A stretch of 64,000 bases of DNA, from contig JBITNC010000001.1 in the NCBI GenBank assembly GCA_050084985.1, forward strand, positions 104,532,001-104,596,000, read 5' to 3'. This stretch comes from Nageia nagi (taxonomy: Eukaryota > Plantae > Pinophyta). Shown here in pieces: positions 25,801-39,598 of this stretch; position 1 is the first letter of the stretch, and each line of letters opens with the position of its first letter. The position numbers and the translations under genes were made by a program. A model generated the notes under the pieces. The model ran no database searches and was not told the origin of the DNA. It saw nothing but the letters and a program-made list of their open reading frames with translations.

Positions 25801-28349
25801 TAATTACCAAGATTGAAAACAAGCATGAGCCCTTAACCTTCAAACAATCCTCTAAACATGAGTGCTAGATGGAAGCCATGAAAGTAGAGTATGAGACACT
25901 TATGAAAATTAAAACTTGGGTCCTTATCTCAATGAAAAGAATGTGATTGGAAATAAGTGGATTTACAAGGTTAAGTTCAATTTAGTTGGAGATATTAAGA
26001 AATACAAGGTAAGGTTAGTAGCTAAAGGTTTTGCTTAGAAATATAGTGTAGATTATGAAGAAATTTTTGCTCCCATGCCAAAGATGCCTACTATGAGAGT
26101 TATCTTTGCCCTTTTTATAGCTTAAGGATGGAAAGTTTCTCAACTTGACATCAAGAGTACATTTCTCAATGGTGACTTAGATGTGACAATCTTCTTGAAT
26201 CAATCAAAAGAGTTTATTATGGAAGGCAAAGAGTCCTTTGTGTGCAAGCTAAAGAAGTCATTGTATGAACTTAAGTAAGCACCTTGAGCCTAGTACAAAA
26301 AGATTTTAGGGTACTTTATAGATATTGATTTCTCTAAGTGTTTTTCTAACTTTGATCTATATGTACTCAATCAAAAAAAAGATGTGGTATTTATTCTCTT
26401 TTATATAGATGATATTTTGAATACTAAAAATAATGATGAAATCATTCAAGAGTACATATCCAAACTAAAGGCAACATTTGAAATTATTGTTCTTGATCTC
26501 TTGCACTACTATCTTGGAATGCAAGTGTATCAATACAAGAATTGTACTTACTTAAATTAATCTAAGTATATATCAAACATATTATTGAAGTTTGGAATGA
26601 ATAAGTGTAGATATGCTATAATACCAGTCTCTCTTGGAATCACTATTTCTCTAAGCTCCAACTCTTAGTTAGCTAATGCTATAGCTTACAAGTAATTAAT
26701 TGGTAGTCTTTTATATTTGACTGTATCTAGGCTAGATATTACCTTTGCAGTGAATTTGATGGTATAATTCATGCAAAAACCATATGTTGAGCACCTTAAT
26801 ACTGTTAAACAAATCTTAAGGCATGTTGCAGGGACTAAAAATCTTACTCTCAAGTATTCCAAGTTACTCTCATTTGTTCTCTCTGGATTCTTAGATTTTG
26901 ACTATGGAGGAGATATAGATGATAGAAAGTAAACCTCTATGTATGTATTTAGCATTGGTTCAAGTGCTATCTCTTGGAATTCCAAGAAGTAACCTACTAT
27001 TTCTCTTTCCACCATAGAAGCTAAATATCATGCCATATTTATTGCAACCCAGGAAGCCATTTGGCTAAGGCATCTTTTGAAAGAAATTAGGTATGAGCAA
27101 GGTGGCTCATTTTTTTTTTCTTCAAATAATTAATCAGCTATTTCTTTGGCTGAGAATCTTATGTTCCATTAGAGAGCATAACATATAGAAATTCATTCCC
27201 ATTTTATCAAAGAGAAGGTTCTTGATGGCATCATACACCTAAAGTATTGTCCATCCACCTTGAACTCCATTGATTTGTTCTCCAAGCCCCTCTTAGAAGC
27301 TCAATTGTATAAGCTTAGGAATGCTATTAGGTTGGTGAAGTTGCCCTTAAGGGGAAGTGAAGTTTGAATTCTTATGTTAAATTCATATTTGTGATGATAA
27401 CTTCACCTCTACAAGGATTTTATGTTGTATAGTGTTGATTTTGTTGTACAACTTTATGGTAAGTTTGCTCTATGTTAGGAACTTGTTGTACAAAATTTTA
27501 AAAGCAAAAATTAGCCAATCTAGCATTGTTTAGCTATCCATGTGAGAGGAACTATTATGTCTTTTGGCACTATTCCATTATGAATATGTGAGAAACTCGT
27601 ATGTGCATTCTCTATTTTGGTCAATCTAACACTGTTCAGTTATCCATATGCAAGGAACTCATATGTGCATGCTGTATTTTTTAATGTTAATCAACAAATG
27701 TTTTATATACAACAGGTGACTATAAGTTTTTGGTATGGCATCTTCATGATGACTTATAGTGCACCATTGATCAGTTCATGATGGCATTCATGTGGTTCAT
27801 CTATCTTCAATGAGATGAATGTATTACATCTAACTGATCTTGTTATTTGAGATGCTTATGATTTGTAGGTTCCTTTGAGATTACAAGTTACTCACCTTAG
27901 GTATGTAGGCTCTTGGAGACTCTTCATGACTTCTAGTTAGATGACTACTTCATGTACATTGAAACTGGTTGTGGTTAATGATTACATTTGGCAAAGTAAT
28001 GAGTCTCAAAATAGATCTTTCTCACTTCGCAATTATGTAAAAATTTCTCATCTCTATTGTATCTATTTGGAGGAGAACTCTCTTACTTTCTTTTCTTCTT
28101 CTCTTTACTTACTCTATCCCAATATTGCATTAAGGGGGAGCGTTGGAATCTATAATGCATTATTGTAAAGGTTTGTATTAAATCTTCTATGTAAGTTCAC
28201 TTAAATACTTAAGGTATTTAAGTGAATATGATAATGTAACTTTTCCTACACTCCATGTCATGAGCATGCCCCTTGGGTAAAAGGATGTGCATGTCATGCT
28301 TTTGTACATTAGATAAAAGGGTGATACAAAAATGGATTTTAGCCTATAA
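19843..28349 (+). mobile_element. Near-complete decayed Ty1/copia element (family A) with a ~3.1-kb leader and truncated 3' LTR
   Basis: 5' LTR 19843-20342; PBS TGGTATCAGAGC 20346-20357; gag from ~23473 (FDDSNYGIW); protease EWIVDFGSINH at 24481; integrase LMHLDLMG...LTFIDDFS ~24985; RT ~25830-26600; RNase H to ~27340; PPT TAAGGGGGAG ~28131-28140; 3' LTR 28141-~28349. Confidence 0.93.
20357..20445 (+). repeat. 21-bp x4 tandem repeat immediately after the PBS
   Basis: CTTGGTGTGAAAGGTCTTCTT / CTTGGTGTGGAAGATCTTCTT / CTTGATGTGGAAACTCTGCTT / CTTGATGTTGAAGCTCTTCTT. Confidence 0.9.
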
Positions 28350-28589
28350 AATATAGTCCAATTGTAAAAAATATATATATATATATATTTGAAATCTACA
28401 CTCTATCTTATATAATGGGTTTTAATTTTGTAATAAAATTCTATAAAAAATTTATTAAATACACATTGAAAATTGGTTTTTTTCCATTTTCATTGATACG
28501 AACTTACATGTGTATGTCCAAGGCTAAGGATTGGTTCACCATACCTCTCCTAAGATAAAATACAAGGAAAACCCTAATGGAAATGGATT

Positions 28590-28895
28590 TTAAATTTGGA
28601 ATGAGTTCTCATTATAAAACAGGATCCCGATATGAACATGATCTTATTACATATTGGAATCCCATTATTTAAAGTAAAATGAATGTGGATGTGAAAAGGA
28701 ATGGGATCCTATTTTGCATAAATTTGTATTTTTTAAAAATAGAATCTTGTTTTGTAAAATATGATCCCATTTTCAAAATAGGATCCTAGTTTGTTCAAGT
28801 TCATGAACCATATATCAGGATCCCATTTTGGTTTTAGATTGGGAATCCAAAACAAAATAGGATCCCAATTTTTACAACATGGGATCGTGTTCTTT
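28590..28895. repeat. Cluster of GGATCC(C)-core short repeats in both orientations
   Basis: About 8 variants such as AATGGGATCCTATTTT, AAAATAGGATCCCAATTTT and CAGGATCCCATTTT; resembles transposon subterminal repeats. Confidence 0.5.
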
Positions 28896-28989
28896 CCAAA
28901 AATAAATTTGAGTCCTCCCATGTCCACTTTTAGTGGAACCAACTTCTCTCATGCACCAATGAGAGTTATAAGTAGATAGATGTCTAATT

Positions 28990-29535
28990 TAGATAAGGAA
29001 CATTGAATAGTTGTGAAGAGAAAATTAAACTATCTATGTGGTATTTCAAAAATATAGTTTGATATAAAGGATGTTTAATTTATCATATGGACCTTTCTTT
29101 TTTATAGTTATATTGATGTTGAAGGTATTAGAGATCATGATAATTAAATATTCAATACTAATTTTGTATTATCCTATTTGGGGAAGTGATTAGTTAGTTA
29201 TATGAGAAAAAGATAATCAATTATATTACTCTCAACTAAATATTTTAATATGTTGTAACTACTCATGGATGCAAGGAAGTAGTATAAATATAGAGGTTGT
29301 ATTCAAAAATAAATTTTACAAAAACAATTATTGAGGATAAATTTTGATATTCAAAATGTAATCTACTACCAAAGAATGTCAATTATCATGTTTCATTAAA
29401 GCACATTGATATCCAATTTCACCTTATTAGATTTATGATTGAAATGGAAAAGGTAATGTAACAAAAACTTAATACATAGAAGAAATTTATTGATATATTG
29501 ACCAATTATATCAATACTGATAAGTTTTTTGGTGT
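28990..29535 (+). mobile_element. Highly decayed copia RNase H remnant
   Basis: Residual VKRKLNYLCG, YIDVEGIRDHD, ILLST...YVVTTHGCKEVV and a KHIDIQFH-like motif (~29400). Confidence 0.6.
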
Positions 29536-30479
29536 TGGATATCAATGACCATTATCATCCCTTAAAAGACCAAGGATATATATCGACCCTTTGTGAAGTC
29601 AACAACAAGTGGAAATAATTTGATATATGTTGTACCATTCCATGTATTACATCAATAAACTAAATTACATCCATATGTAGTTTTTTAAATCAATTAAAAA
29701 AATAAAATTTGAGGTCTACTTTTAAGAGAGTATAAGTTTTATATTTATACATTTAAATACATATAAGTTGGGTTTTATGTATTTGTTATGTAACCCATGG
29801 TTTTATTATTATTATTTTGTAAAAATATGAATTCCTTTATCAATATGGTTATTTAAATTTCATAGTTGCATGAATATTAATGTATGAAGAATGAATGAGG
29901 TAGAAAAAGAGACCTATCAAGAAACACACTAGACATCTATTGTATTGTATTGTATCATTTTTTTGGATATTTAATATACTTGATATTTTCTTAGTTTTTT
30001 TCTTGAAAGGGTTTTCCCAAGATAAGCATGTATATCTATTTTAAATGGTTATTTGCTCTTATTCATATTATTTGGATTTCTCTTTTATATATTTTCTAAT
30101 AAATAAGAAATTAGATAAATTTAGGATAAAAGAATTAGGTTCAAGTTATTGGATAAATACATGATTAAATAATTGTAAAAATTCATAAATAATGAAATTT
30201 ATGATATTCTTGAATGAACACATTTAATAGCTAACATTAACGAGAATAGGATATAAATAGTTTAAGGGAATTATACATAATAATAAAAATATAAAATGTA
30301 TAAGTCTTAGTGAGTGAGTTGTAGTCAAAATGCAATACAATCACATATTTATCCCATTTTGAGAAATATATAGGATGTAGGTTTCCCCATGCAATCTTGA
30401 ATTAAAACCATCATGAAACATGGACAATGTGGTCATCATAGAAAAATTAGAATAAAAGATCAAAGTAATGACTACAACT

Positions 30480-32197
30480 AAAATTATTAATAATGAAGCA
30501 TGAATCATAATTCCAATTGGAAATTATAGCTTTAAATATACTAATAGAAATAAGAATATTCATTTGATAAATTTGTAGGAATTATGTTGAACCTTAACTT
30601 TATTAAGAGATAAATGGTTGAAAAACATAAGATGAATGGTTAAGTAGATATAGTGGAATTACCTCAAGAATTCATGCTATTCAATTTTAAAAGTAAGAAG
30701 GATATAAATAAGGTACTTGAACTAGCTCTATGGTTTTTGGGGGTGGAAAGGATTGGTCTTAAAAATGTTCATCATAGATTTTGGACCTAAGTTAGAGAGG
30801 ATCAATTTAATCCTAGTATGGATTATTCTACTAAAATTACCCATTGAATATTGGAATATCAATATTCTTATACAAATCATTAATAGAATAAAATCTCGTG
30901 TATCAATTTAGAAGTTCACAAGGGTGGAGAGTATGATAACAAATGTGCACTTTTGTATCAATATTAATATAACAAAGGAAGTATGAAAATTATATTTATT
31001 AATGAGAAAGGTGGTACTACATTGGAATAAGAGATCATCTATAGAAATATCCTTGACCAATGAATTATCTACTTAAAAATTTATCATTATACATAGGAGT
31101 ATTTGGTGAGAATTTAGGAAGATAAAAGACTCAATTAAAATCAAAATATATTCCTAAAAAAAAATCATATATATAGGATGGAAAAAAAATGTGGATTGAG
31201 TTGGTGTGGAATTTGGTAAGGTAACCTAGTTTAAGCCTTGATAATTGAAGAGTGTTATAATCTTATAATCAAAGAAATCAAATTGAAGAAATAAAAATGG
31301 AAGATGAACAAATAATGGAAATGAAAATAGTATAATATAGTAGAACTCATATAAAGTGTAAGAAAGATAAAGATAAAGGTAAGAAATGAGAGGGATGAAG
31401 AGGAATAGGATTTGAATCTCACTAGATAAAATAGTGGTAAATATAAATGAAACTCTAAATTATGGTAAAAATCATAGAGGTAGACCATCAAATTGAGACA
31501 TTAGGGACATAAAAATAGAAATAGATATTGTCAATTAAATTCAATGCACTATAGAGAAAAGTGGAAGCCCATGGGCCTCAAGAAGTGAACTAGCCAAAAG
31601 AATTATAGTTAAAAAGGAAGAAGAATAAGTAGAAATATTCATAAGAGAGAATGATCAGAGGATCATCAAAAAATAGTTGAAATTTACATTAAATATTTTA
31701 AAAGGTCCAAAAATAGAAAATAATTTCAAAAAAATTCCATCTAAAAATTCTGAAAAAAATTAAGGAATATATTAAGAAATTAAGAGAAGAAGGTAAGCTA
31801 GATAAAAATAATAATTAGGAAAAATAAATAGTAGAAAAGAATAATAGAAAATTGGTAGAATAAAGTAGAAAATAAAATCAGCATAGTGAGGAAAAGAGTA
31901 AGGTCTTATGGATCCTAGAGAAAATCTTATGAGATCAATAGTTTAAACAATAGGGAAAAAAATATACATGCTAGATAGAAAACCATATTAAATTATTATG
32001 AACAAAAATATAGATAAAGTTACAATTTGGATGAAACTAGGTTACATTTTATCCACTATTAGGTATTGTATTGTTGAAATTTTATGCTACAAGTTGACTA
32101 TATTTTGTAGTAGTTATTCTAATGAAGAATTTTGATGAACTTGTTATGTATTTTGTTAGTTACTATCAAAATCCCCTTTTTACCCATTATAAAAAAG
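30480..32197 (+). mobile_element. Decayed LINE ORF1-like (DUF4283-type) element with A-rich 3' end
   Basis: DIVELPQEFMLFNFKSKKDINKVLE...VWIILLKLPIEYWN at ~30650-30860; CCCCTTTTT...ATAAAAAA end at ~32197. No ORF2 seen. Confidence 0.55.
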
Positions 32198-33016
32198 TTT
32201 ATATAAGTCTTGAAATATACCACATATAAGTTTATGAAATAAAAAAGATAACAAAGTAGGATAAAATATAATAATAATAATAAGCATCAAATAATAGTGT
32301 GATGAAATAGAATAGGAAAAAATATTTAATTAATGATGTTTATTCAATTATAATAAATATAAATCAACTTAGACAATAAAAAATGAAAAATACATTTCTA
32401 CCATTGACAAAAATAACTTTCAATATCAATGAGTTTGAAGCTTTAAAATTCCCATTCATAATGTTTAACATAATTGATTATTAAAATAAAATATTTAGAT
32501 AATAAGGTATGATCTAACCAATCTATATTATTCTATATGTCTTCTCTAAATAATATGAATTAATATATCATAAAGAATCAAAAATATTATTAAGAGGTTT
32601 TAACTTAAATATTTAATTATCACATTATAACATGATTATGATGATAGTTTGTATATGGGTAATATGTTTTATAATGTGAATATTATTTCTACAAGTAATG
32701 AAATTTAATTATTCCATCTTGAAATTATCAATTTTAAGATATTAGTAAATTATCTATATATAATGAATTTCAAAATGATGAATAATACTTTTACTTTATC
32801 TTGGGAAAGTGTGAAAGTTTAAAATTTGAAAGTGTTTCATAATGATAAGCTCCAAAAGCTTTCCAATCCTTCATATCTCAAATAAAAACTAACTTTTATC
32901 AATAAAGAAATATTTTATATTGTCATTATAATCATAAATGAAATAAAATAAATATTGTACTTGTTAAGTTCTTGATAAATAATAAATAAATGGATATCAT
33001 CTAACAACCTTATATC

Positions 33017-33110
33017 TTTTTTTTTTGAGTTACATGTTTATACAGGGTAATGAACCTAGGGCCTCTCATTATCTACTTGAGAGATTTCAGCCACTTCTCT
33101 CTCCAACTCC
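33017..33110 (-). mobile_element. Short tRNA-type SINE with poly(A) and a perfect target-site duplication
   Basis: CTAACAACCTTATATC(TTT) is duplicated at 33001 and 33111; T-tract at 33017-33026; B-box-like GGTTCA on the minus strand. Confidence 0.85.
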
Positions 33111-35989
33111 CTAACAACCTTATATCTTTGTACAAGTACTTATATTAAGAGAAATCATTTTTTTATTTACTTACTTTTTTATTATGAAGTTCAAACATTG
33201 ACACTAAGTACTAATATATTATATATATTTTGTACAAAGTTATTTTTTTCTTAAAAATAAATGCAATATTTCTATGTTTTATAGATGAAATAAACAAGTA
33301 TTAAATACATACTATGTCTCATAAGAGTGATGCCAAATATTTACATGAAATATATCAATAGAAAGAAAATACTAAAAAATATGAAAAGTTATGTAAACAA
33401 CTTGCAAAATAGAAAAAAAATAAACTACAAACTAGAATGTATCATATTTTAAATTAAACATACCATATATTATAATAACAATCATAAAAAATGCAAAACA
33501 TTTATAAGTAAAAAATACTTTCATAACCAGGATTAAAAAAAAATTATATTTGTCTTAGTTATCACTTATCTCAATTTCGGAATAAAATGTATCCTTCTCT
33601 TCTCACTTTGCTATTTGTTTTAATAAATTTATTTATTAAATTCACATAACAAAAGTTGATCGTGAATATGATAATTTTACTTTTTTTTTTTAATATATGA
33701 TTTTCACTCCTAAGTATACTTACATATAACTCACGCATATATCTTTAAAAATAAAAATAATAAATAATAATATTTTTTAAGATAGGGACATAATTATATG
33801 CTATAAATTATCTCTCTTCCACAATGGTTGGCCACAACATGGGTCTACCATCATTGGTATTGCTTTTCATCTTGGCATGATGTATGACTCTTTTGCTCCA
33901 TGTTATTACATAGGAGCACTATCATTATGAGGATTTATAATTCTTTCCCACTTTGCTTTACCATAAGACCATCATCATTAGCATTACTTTCACTATAGCA
34001 TGAATCTCTTTTAGATTTTATACCATTCTTGGTTTCAGGATATGAGAAAAGGCTAAGTGTTAATACTATAATTTTAATAGGTTACATTTTTATTAAAATA
34101 TGTAAGTTTTGTTTCTATGATTTATTATTTTGTAATGTATAGTATAAGATATATTACTATTAATACTTCTATATTTTTTTAATATCTCATAAGTACATGG
34201 ATTTCATGCAAGATTCTTAATAAAAATATCATAGGATGGATTTATATCATTTTCATAGTTCTTTTTAACACCTAAAATAGAATCACTTTTCTATTTTATA
34301 GGTATTCAAATAAATGATGATACATGTTCTTTGTTTTGATAATATATATGACGTATTTCATATCTCATATTATTTTCTTCTTTTGTGTTACAAAAATCAA
34401 GGGATCGCTAACCTAGCTTGGGCTAGGAGGAAACTTACCTATTTAAAGGAGAGATGTACATATGTGATATTATATTATATCTTGGTATTGATATCTCTCA
34501 TGCATATTTTGGGTGATAAATGTTTATTAATGCCACTTATCAAGATCCTATATTTTATCTATCACATAAACTATATCATTTTTTATTCATTTTGTAAATT
34601 ATTATAGGCTTAATCTTGAAAGAAACACATTAAGCCATAATTCATTGGAGACCTCATCTTTTTAATCTAATATCAAAATTCAAGGATGAAGCTTGAGCAT
34701 GGAACTTAGTTTCTAAGGTTATTTTAGTTGAGATCTTATAGAATAACCTTTAACAACCTACATGGCCTATTTGTAGCATTTGATGAACTTTATATGTAAA
34801 ATGATAAGTTTGATACCTCTCATCTCTTGTCTTTGAAAGGTTAGATATGATCCCAATAGCTAACAAAATTATTTATTTCATCCCATTTCATTTATACTCA
34901 TAGTTGTTATTAATTTGATTAATTTTCGATTTGTTTGATATCAAAACTTCTATTCTTTTAAGATTAAACATATATCATATTGTAGTTTTACTCATCTCAA
35001 AAGGGTGAATTGTAGATACTTGTAGTTAATACTGTATCTTATACTTGAATTGTATTTATACCTAAATGAGTATTTTTTATTGTATAATTATTTGACATGT
35101 TTTAACATAATTGGCATATCCTTGAATCTTGATTTTGAAATGTAGTATATTTTGACCTTATAATTCTGAAATATACCATATTCACATAAATGTTTGTTAC
35201 ACACCTAAGTTTAAAGACTACTCTTCGATGCTTTAAACAAAATAAAATTAACATTTTATAGTTATATATAAGAACTCCATCTTATTCATTTAAAATACTA
35301 AAAGGTATCTCTTTCAAGAACATCATATACATATCAACAAGGTATTTTGGTATACACAAATAAGGTTCTTTAAGTCAAAGACAAGAATCTTGCTACCATT
35401 AGAACATCTTCTTTTTTTTACTTTAAAGAATGGTGTCTTAGTCCATCACACACTTAACATACATTTCACTTGTATACATAATATATCATTATATTTTAGA
35501 TTAATATCAACATCAATCTTATATTTTTCATATCATAATAACTTAAAAGAAACCCCAACAAAATCCCTTGTTCTTAATATCTTAAAAAAGGAATTTTTTA
35601 ACAAAAGAACTAAAATTCATAAAGATGAAATTTTAAATTCAAATTTTAACTTATTTAAAATCAAGAAAATTTTAAAAATCATTTTTAGTTTTAAATTTCA
35701 AAACCAAACTCCTAAATATTACATATATCATATACATTTATTTACATAATTTCATTTACTATCAGAGTTTCTATCATTTCTTATGTGCTAAATATTACTA
35801 TTTTATAGTTGAAAAATAATCTTGTCTAACTTTTAGAAATCATAAAATTGTCTTCATTTTAAAAAGTCAAATTAATTGTAAGAATTAAATAGCTTTTAAA
35901 TTGTAATAGGACAAAATATTACAACATCTAGAATTTTCAAATAAACACCATCTTAAAATGTAAAATAGCCAAATAATTTTTTATCCCTT

Positions 35990-37090
35990 TACAACTCAAA
36001 AGCAGATAACTGAATAGTTACAATTGACCTGACCCTTACCATATCTGTAATAACTCCAAAAAACATAAGAATACTTTGATGATCAAAATTGATGACACTG
36101 GAAGGATAAGATTGTCGTTTATTTACAGAGGAGACAAATTTAAACTTGAGATTTTACAGTTAGATAAATTGGTGTAAACAAATCTCTGTATTGGTCAAAA
36201 TGACATGCATGCTTTATTCAACTTCTGAACCATATCTTGCAGAGCCAACTGCCATTTAAAAGCATGAATAGATTTTAAAAGTTTATAGTTCGGTTTCAAT
36301 ATTTAAAATGCCATCTCGTGAAGACTTACAGTGTACGGTAAAAGTTATATACTGTTGGCAACTTGGCATCTATGCAGTACTACAAGTCAACTTATCTAGA
36401 GAAGCTATGGGGAATCTTTCTAGACAAATAGAGTTGGTGAGAGTATCTTTCCAGCCCTACTACAGCGAACATGGAATGACATCTCACATCTGTCTATTTG
36501 AAAGTTCCGGGTCCACTGTTTCAATGTAGACTTGAGAGATTTGAACCACAAGGCCTAGTGATACAAGAGACAAACGAAAGTGCACAAAACAGAAGTTACA
36601 GTATACTGACTAAATACTGGCAGGCCCAGAACTCGGGATTCTGCACCCAAACGTATATTTCAGCAAACAAAAGCAATAGGATAAGCAGAGAGAGTTCTAA
36701 GGTAGATATCCCCTGCATGCACAGATTAAAACCGAAACGTAATCAACAACCAAGATTTCTAGCAATAGTTATGTGAATGGATATGATAAATTAATGTGTA
36801 GAAGAACTAGCTAACATTGAAGTAGAAGTAGAAAATTTTGAAATCAGATCTTGCTCGCCTTCAAACAATAAGATGATATTGAACATAATTTGTGAATAGG
36901 AATTCATAAAAAGTTGCTGGAAGGAATGGCATCACTTTCCCATAATTGGCCTTCACCAAGAAGTTCACAAAGGAGTTGTTGAAATTAGCAGGGCACTATC
37001 ATCGAATATGACATGTGAAAAATTTAATTATGCACACTTAAATCTTGGTTAGAGTTGTGCTTTTCAGAAGAAAAAATCTCAAGGTTTCAG
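35990..37090. other. Isolated CpG/CHG-retaining, non-repetitive island (candidate enhancer or small transcript)
   Basis: About 13 CpGs and many CAG/CTG in ~900 bp, versus almost none in the flanks. No TE motifs recognised. Confidence 0.55.
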
Positions 37091-38040
37091 TCTAAGAAAT
37101 TTGATGTTATGAAAACTATATCAAGCTGGATATTCAAGTATAATCCATATTATATTATTAATAAGAAAATAAATTTTACATATATTATCTTTATGAATGA
37201 TCGTATTATACTATTTTATTTTTATAAATTATTATATTATAATAGTTTAAAAATTAAAAAGTATGATGGAAAATGATATTTTCTATGCTTAATTTATCTT
37301 CAACAAGTATAATTAATTTTAATATATAAACAGAAATAATTAATGATTTTGAAAAAAAAAAAATACTATTAAACCATACCTTCTGGAATTTCCAATATAT
37401 TATTTTAAATATTGAAATATGAATATAGTCATGAATGATAGAAGACATACAACCATTCTCAAAACATATTGAATGCCACATGAAAGATATATGTGTTTTA
37501 GACATTACAAAAGATTATAATAAAGAAGTGTAAGTAAGCCTTCAAATATTTTGGTATCTTATGAGATTATAATAAAGAATTATAACTAAAGCTTTTATAT
37601 ATATATATCAATTGATTACATAATTTTTTAAAATCATAAAAAATTAAAATAGTTTTGTTGAATAAATACAAGCTAGAAGACACTATTACTAAAAAGAATA
37701 GAGATAATGATTCAAGAAAAAATTGATTCTATAACTTTTTAATAATTAAACATTCTATTAATTAGAATAAAGATAATGATCTTAAAAAAAATCTTGAATT
37801 TACATTCTTTTAATAATTAATTGCTAGAAGCTTCATATGTACTATTAAAATAATAATCTTTTAAGATAAGAATTAAAAAACAATAGTGATGTATGATTAA
37901 AATTAAATAAAAAATAAAATGAATGATTTTTAATTTATTTTCATTTTTTATTTACAATTTTTTTTGGCATTTATAATATTAAATTTACAAATTCAAAATT
38001 TTAAGAAAATAAAAATATAATTAAAATAAATTATCAAAAG

Positions 38041-38361
38041 TGTGATATGAATATTATGTAATTTTATTATTGTACACAAGATTCACCTAAGATTTGCCTA
38101 TTTTCACATGGCATTGGTGGGATTTCCAAGGTTTTGTCTAAGTGCGAGGATGAGTGGTTTAGCCCATACTTTTTTAATACCACATTATGGTTTAGGGTTT
38201 TCCTATATATTCATTGTAAGAAATAATATAGAAGGAGGAGAAACTCTTCACATGTTGGAGTAGCTTACACTAGGTGAACCAGGTTAAATCTCATGTGTTC
38301 CTTGTGTTTATGAGATTGTTGTGTTTTAATTAATCTATTTCTACACTATAATTTCATAATA
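38041..38361 (+). mobile_element. Probable copia solo LTR
   Basis: TG start, CCTATATA box, and a GTAGC...GGTGAACCAGGTTAAATCTCATGTGT motif typical of copia R/U5. TSD not evident. Confidence 0.45.
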
Positions 38362-39598
38362 GGTTTAGATAAGATTTTTCATATATCTATATATATTAAA
38401 ACTACAAAGATGGAATAAAATTGAATATTTTTTAAAGTTAGGTAACATATAGAGATGTTGGAGATCCCTAATTATTTTGATTCCATATATGATTGAAAAA
38501 TATACAAAATATTTTTATGTATACTTTATTCATTTCTAGTTAATAATATAATAGTAATATATTAACTTTTTTTGGTAAGGTTAAATTTATTAAAGAGGAT
38601 TCTTTATACAGGGCTTCCAAAAATGTGGTTTTACAAAAAAAATGATTTTTGCTATACAACAAAAGTAAAAGACTATTCCTAATCATCTACCTTCTTTGTA
38701 GTGTCAACCACCTTGCAATATATTAAATGCAATATTTATTAAATTTAATAATAATATGTATAATATGTTTTTAAAGTAGAAGTATGATACAAAAATATAA
38801 TTCATTGTATGTATTTCATATATCCAAAGAAGTTAGCTTTGAGGAACTATGTCTTAACCTTCAAAACAAAGGAATGATACTCCCTAATCAATACTCTCTC
38901 TGTCATAATAAAGAAGAAAAAATTGACTATCTTTATATCATATATCATTTTGATAAAGAAATTTGTAAACAAATTGTAATTAAATGGTCACCTCCCTTTA
39001 TATCATATATCTTTATATCATATATCATATATCATATATCTTTATAATGTTTTGGATATTAGTACTACTATTAAACAAATTGTAATTAAATGGTCACCTC
39101 CCTTTGAGGCTGGACTTATGGTGGAAAATTTCACTCCCCATACTTTTTGGAAGATTTGATGAAAACTAGGGATTGGTTATTAAAAAATCCTTAATAAAGA
39201 CCAAAATGGTAAGAAATGAGGGAGGAGTACAACTTCACATAAGATTAACATAGGAATATAACTTTGCATGAGGTCACATGAAAGAGGCCACTTTATGAAA
39301 TAACCATAGCTAATACATGGATTAAAGAATTATACACCCTCAAATAAAGGCACAAATAGATGGATAATATTGCTCAAAAATGGTGTGTGTGTGTGTGTAT
39401 ATATATATTACGATAATAATTATGATAAAAATACACATCCTTATCAGTAAATTCCCTTGTAGAATGACAAGTAAAAAATATATCAAAATTGCATTTTAGG
39501 AAGAGGATTTCTTACAAAATTAAAACTCTAGGGGTGGTGATTTTGGAGGCTAAGGAGAAACCATTGAAGGTGGTTTGAAATTAATACCAACCTAAAAA

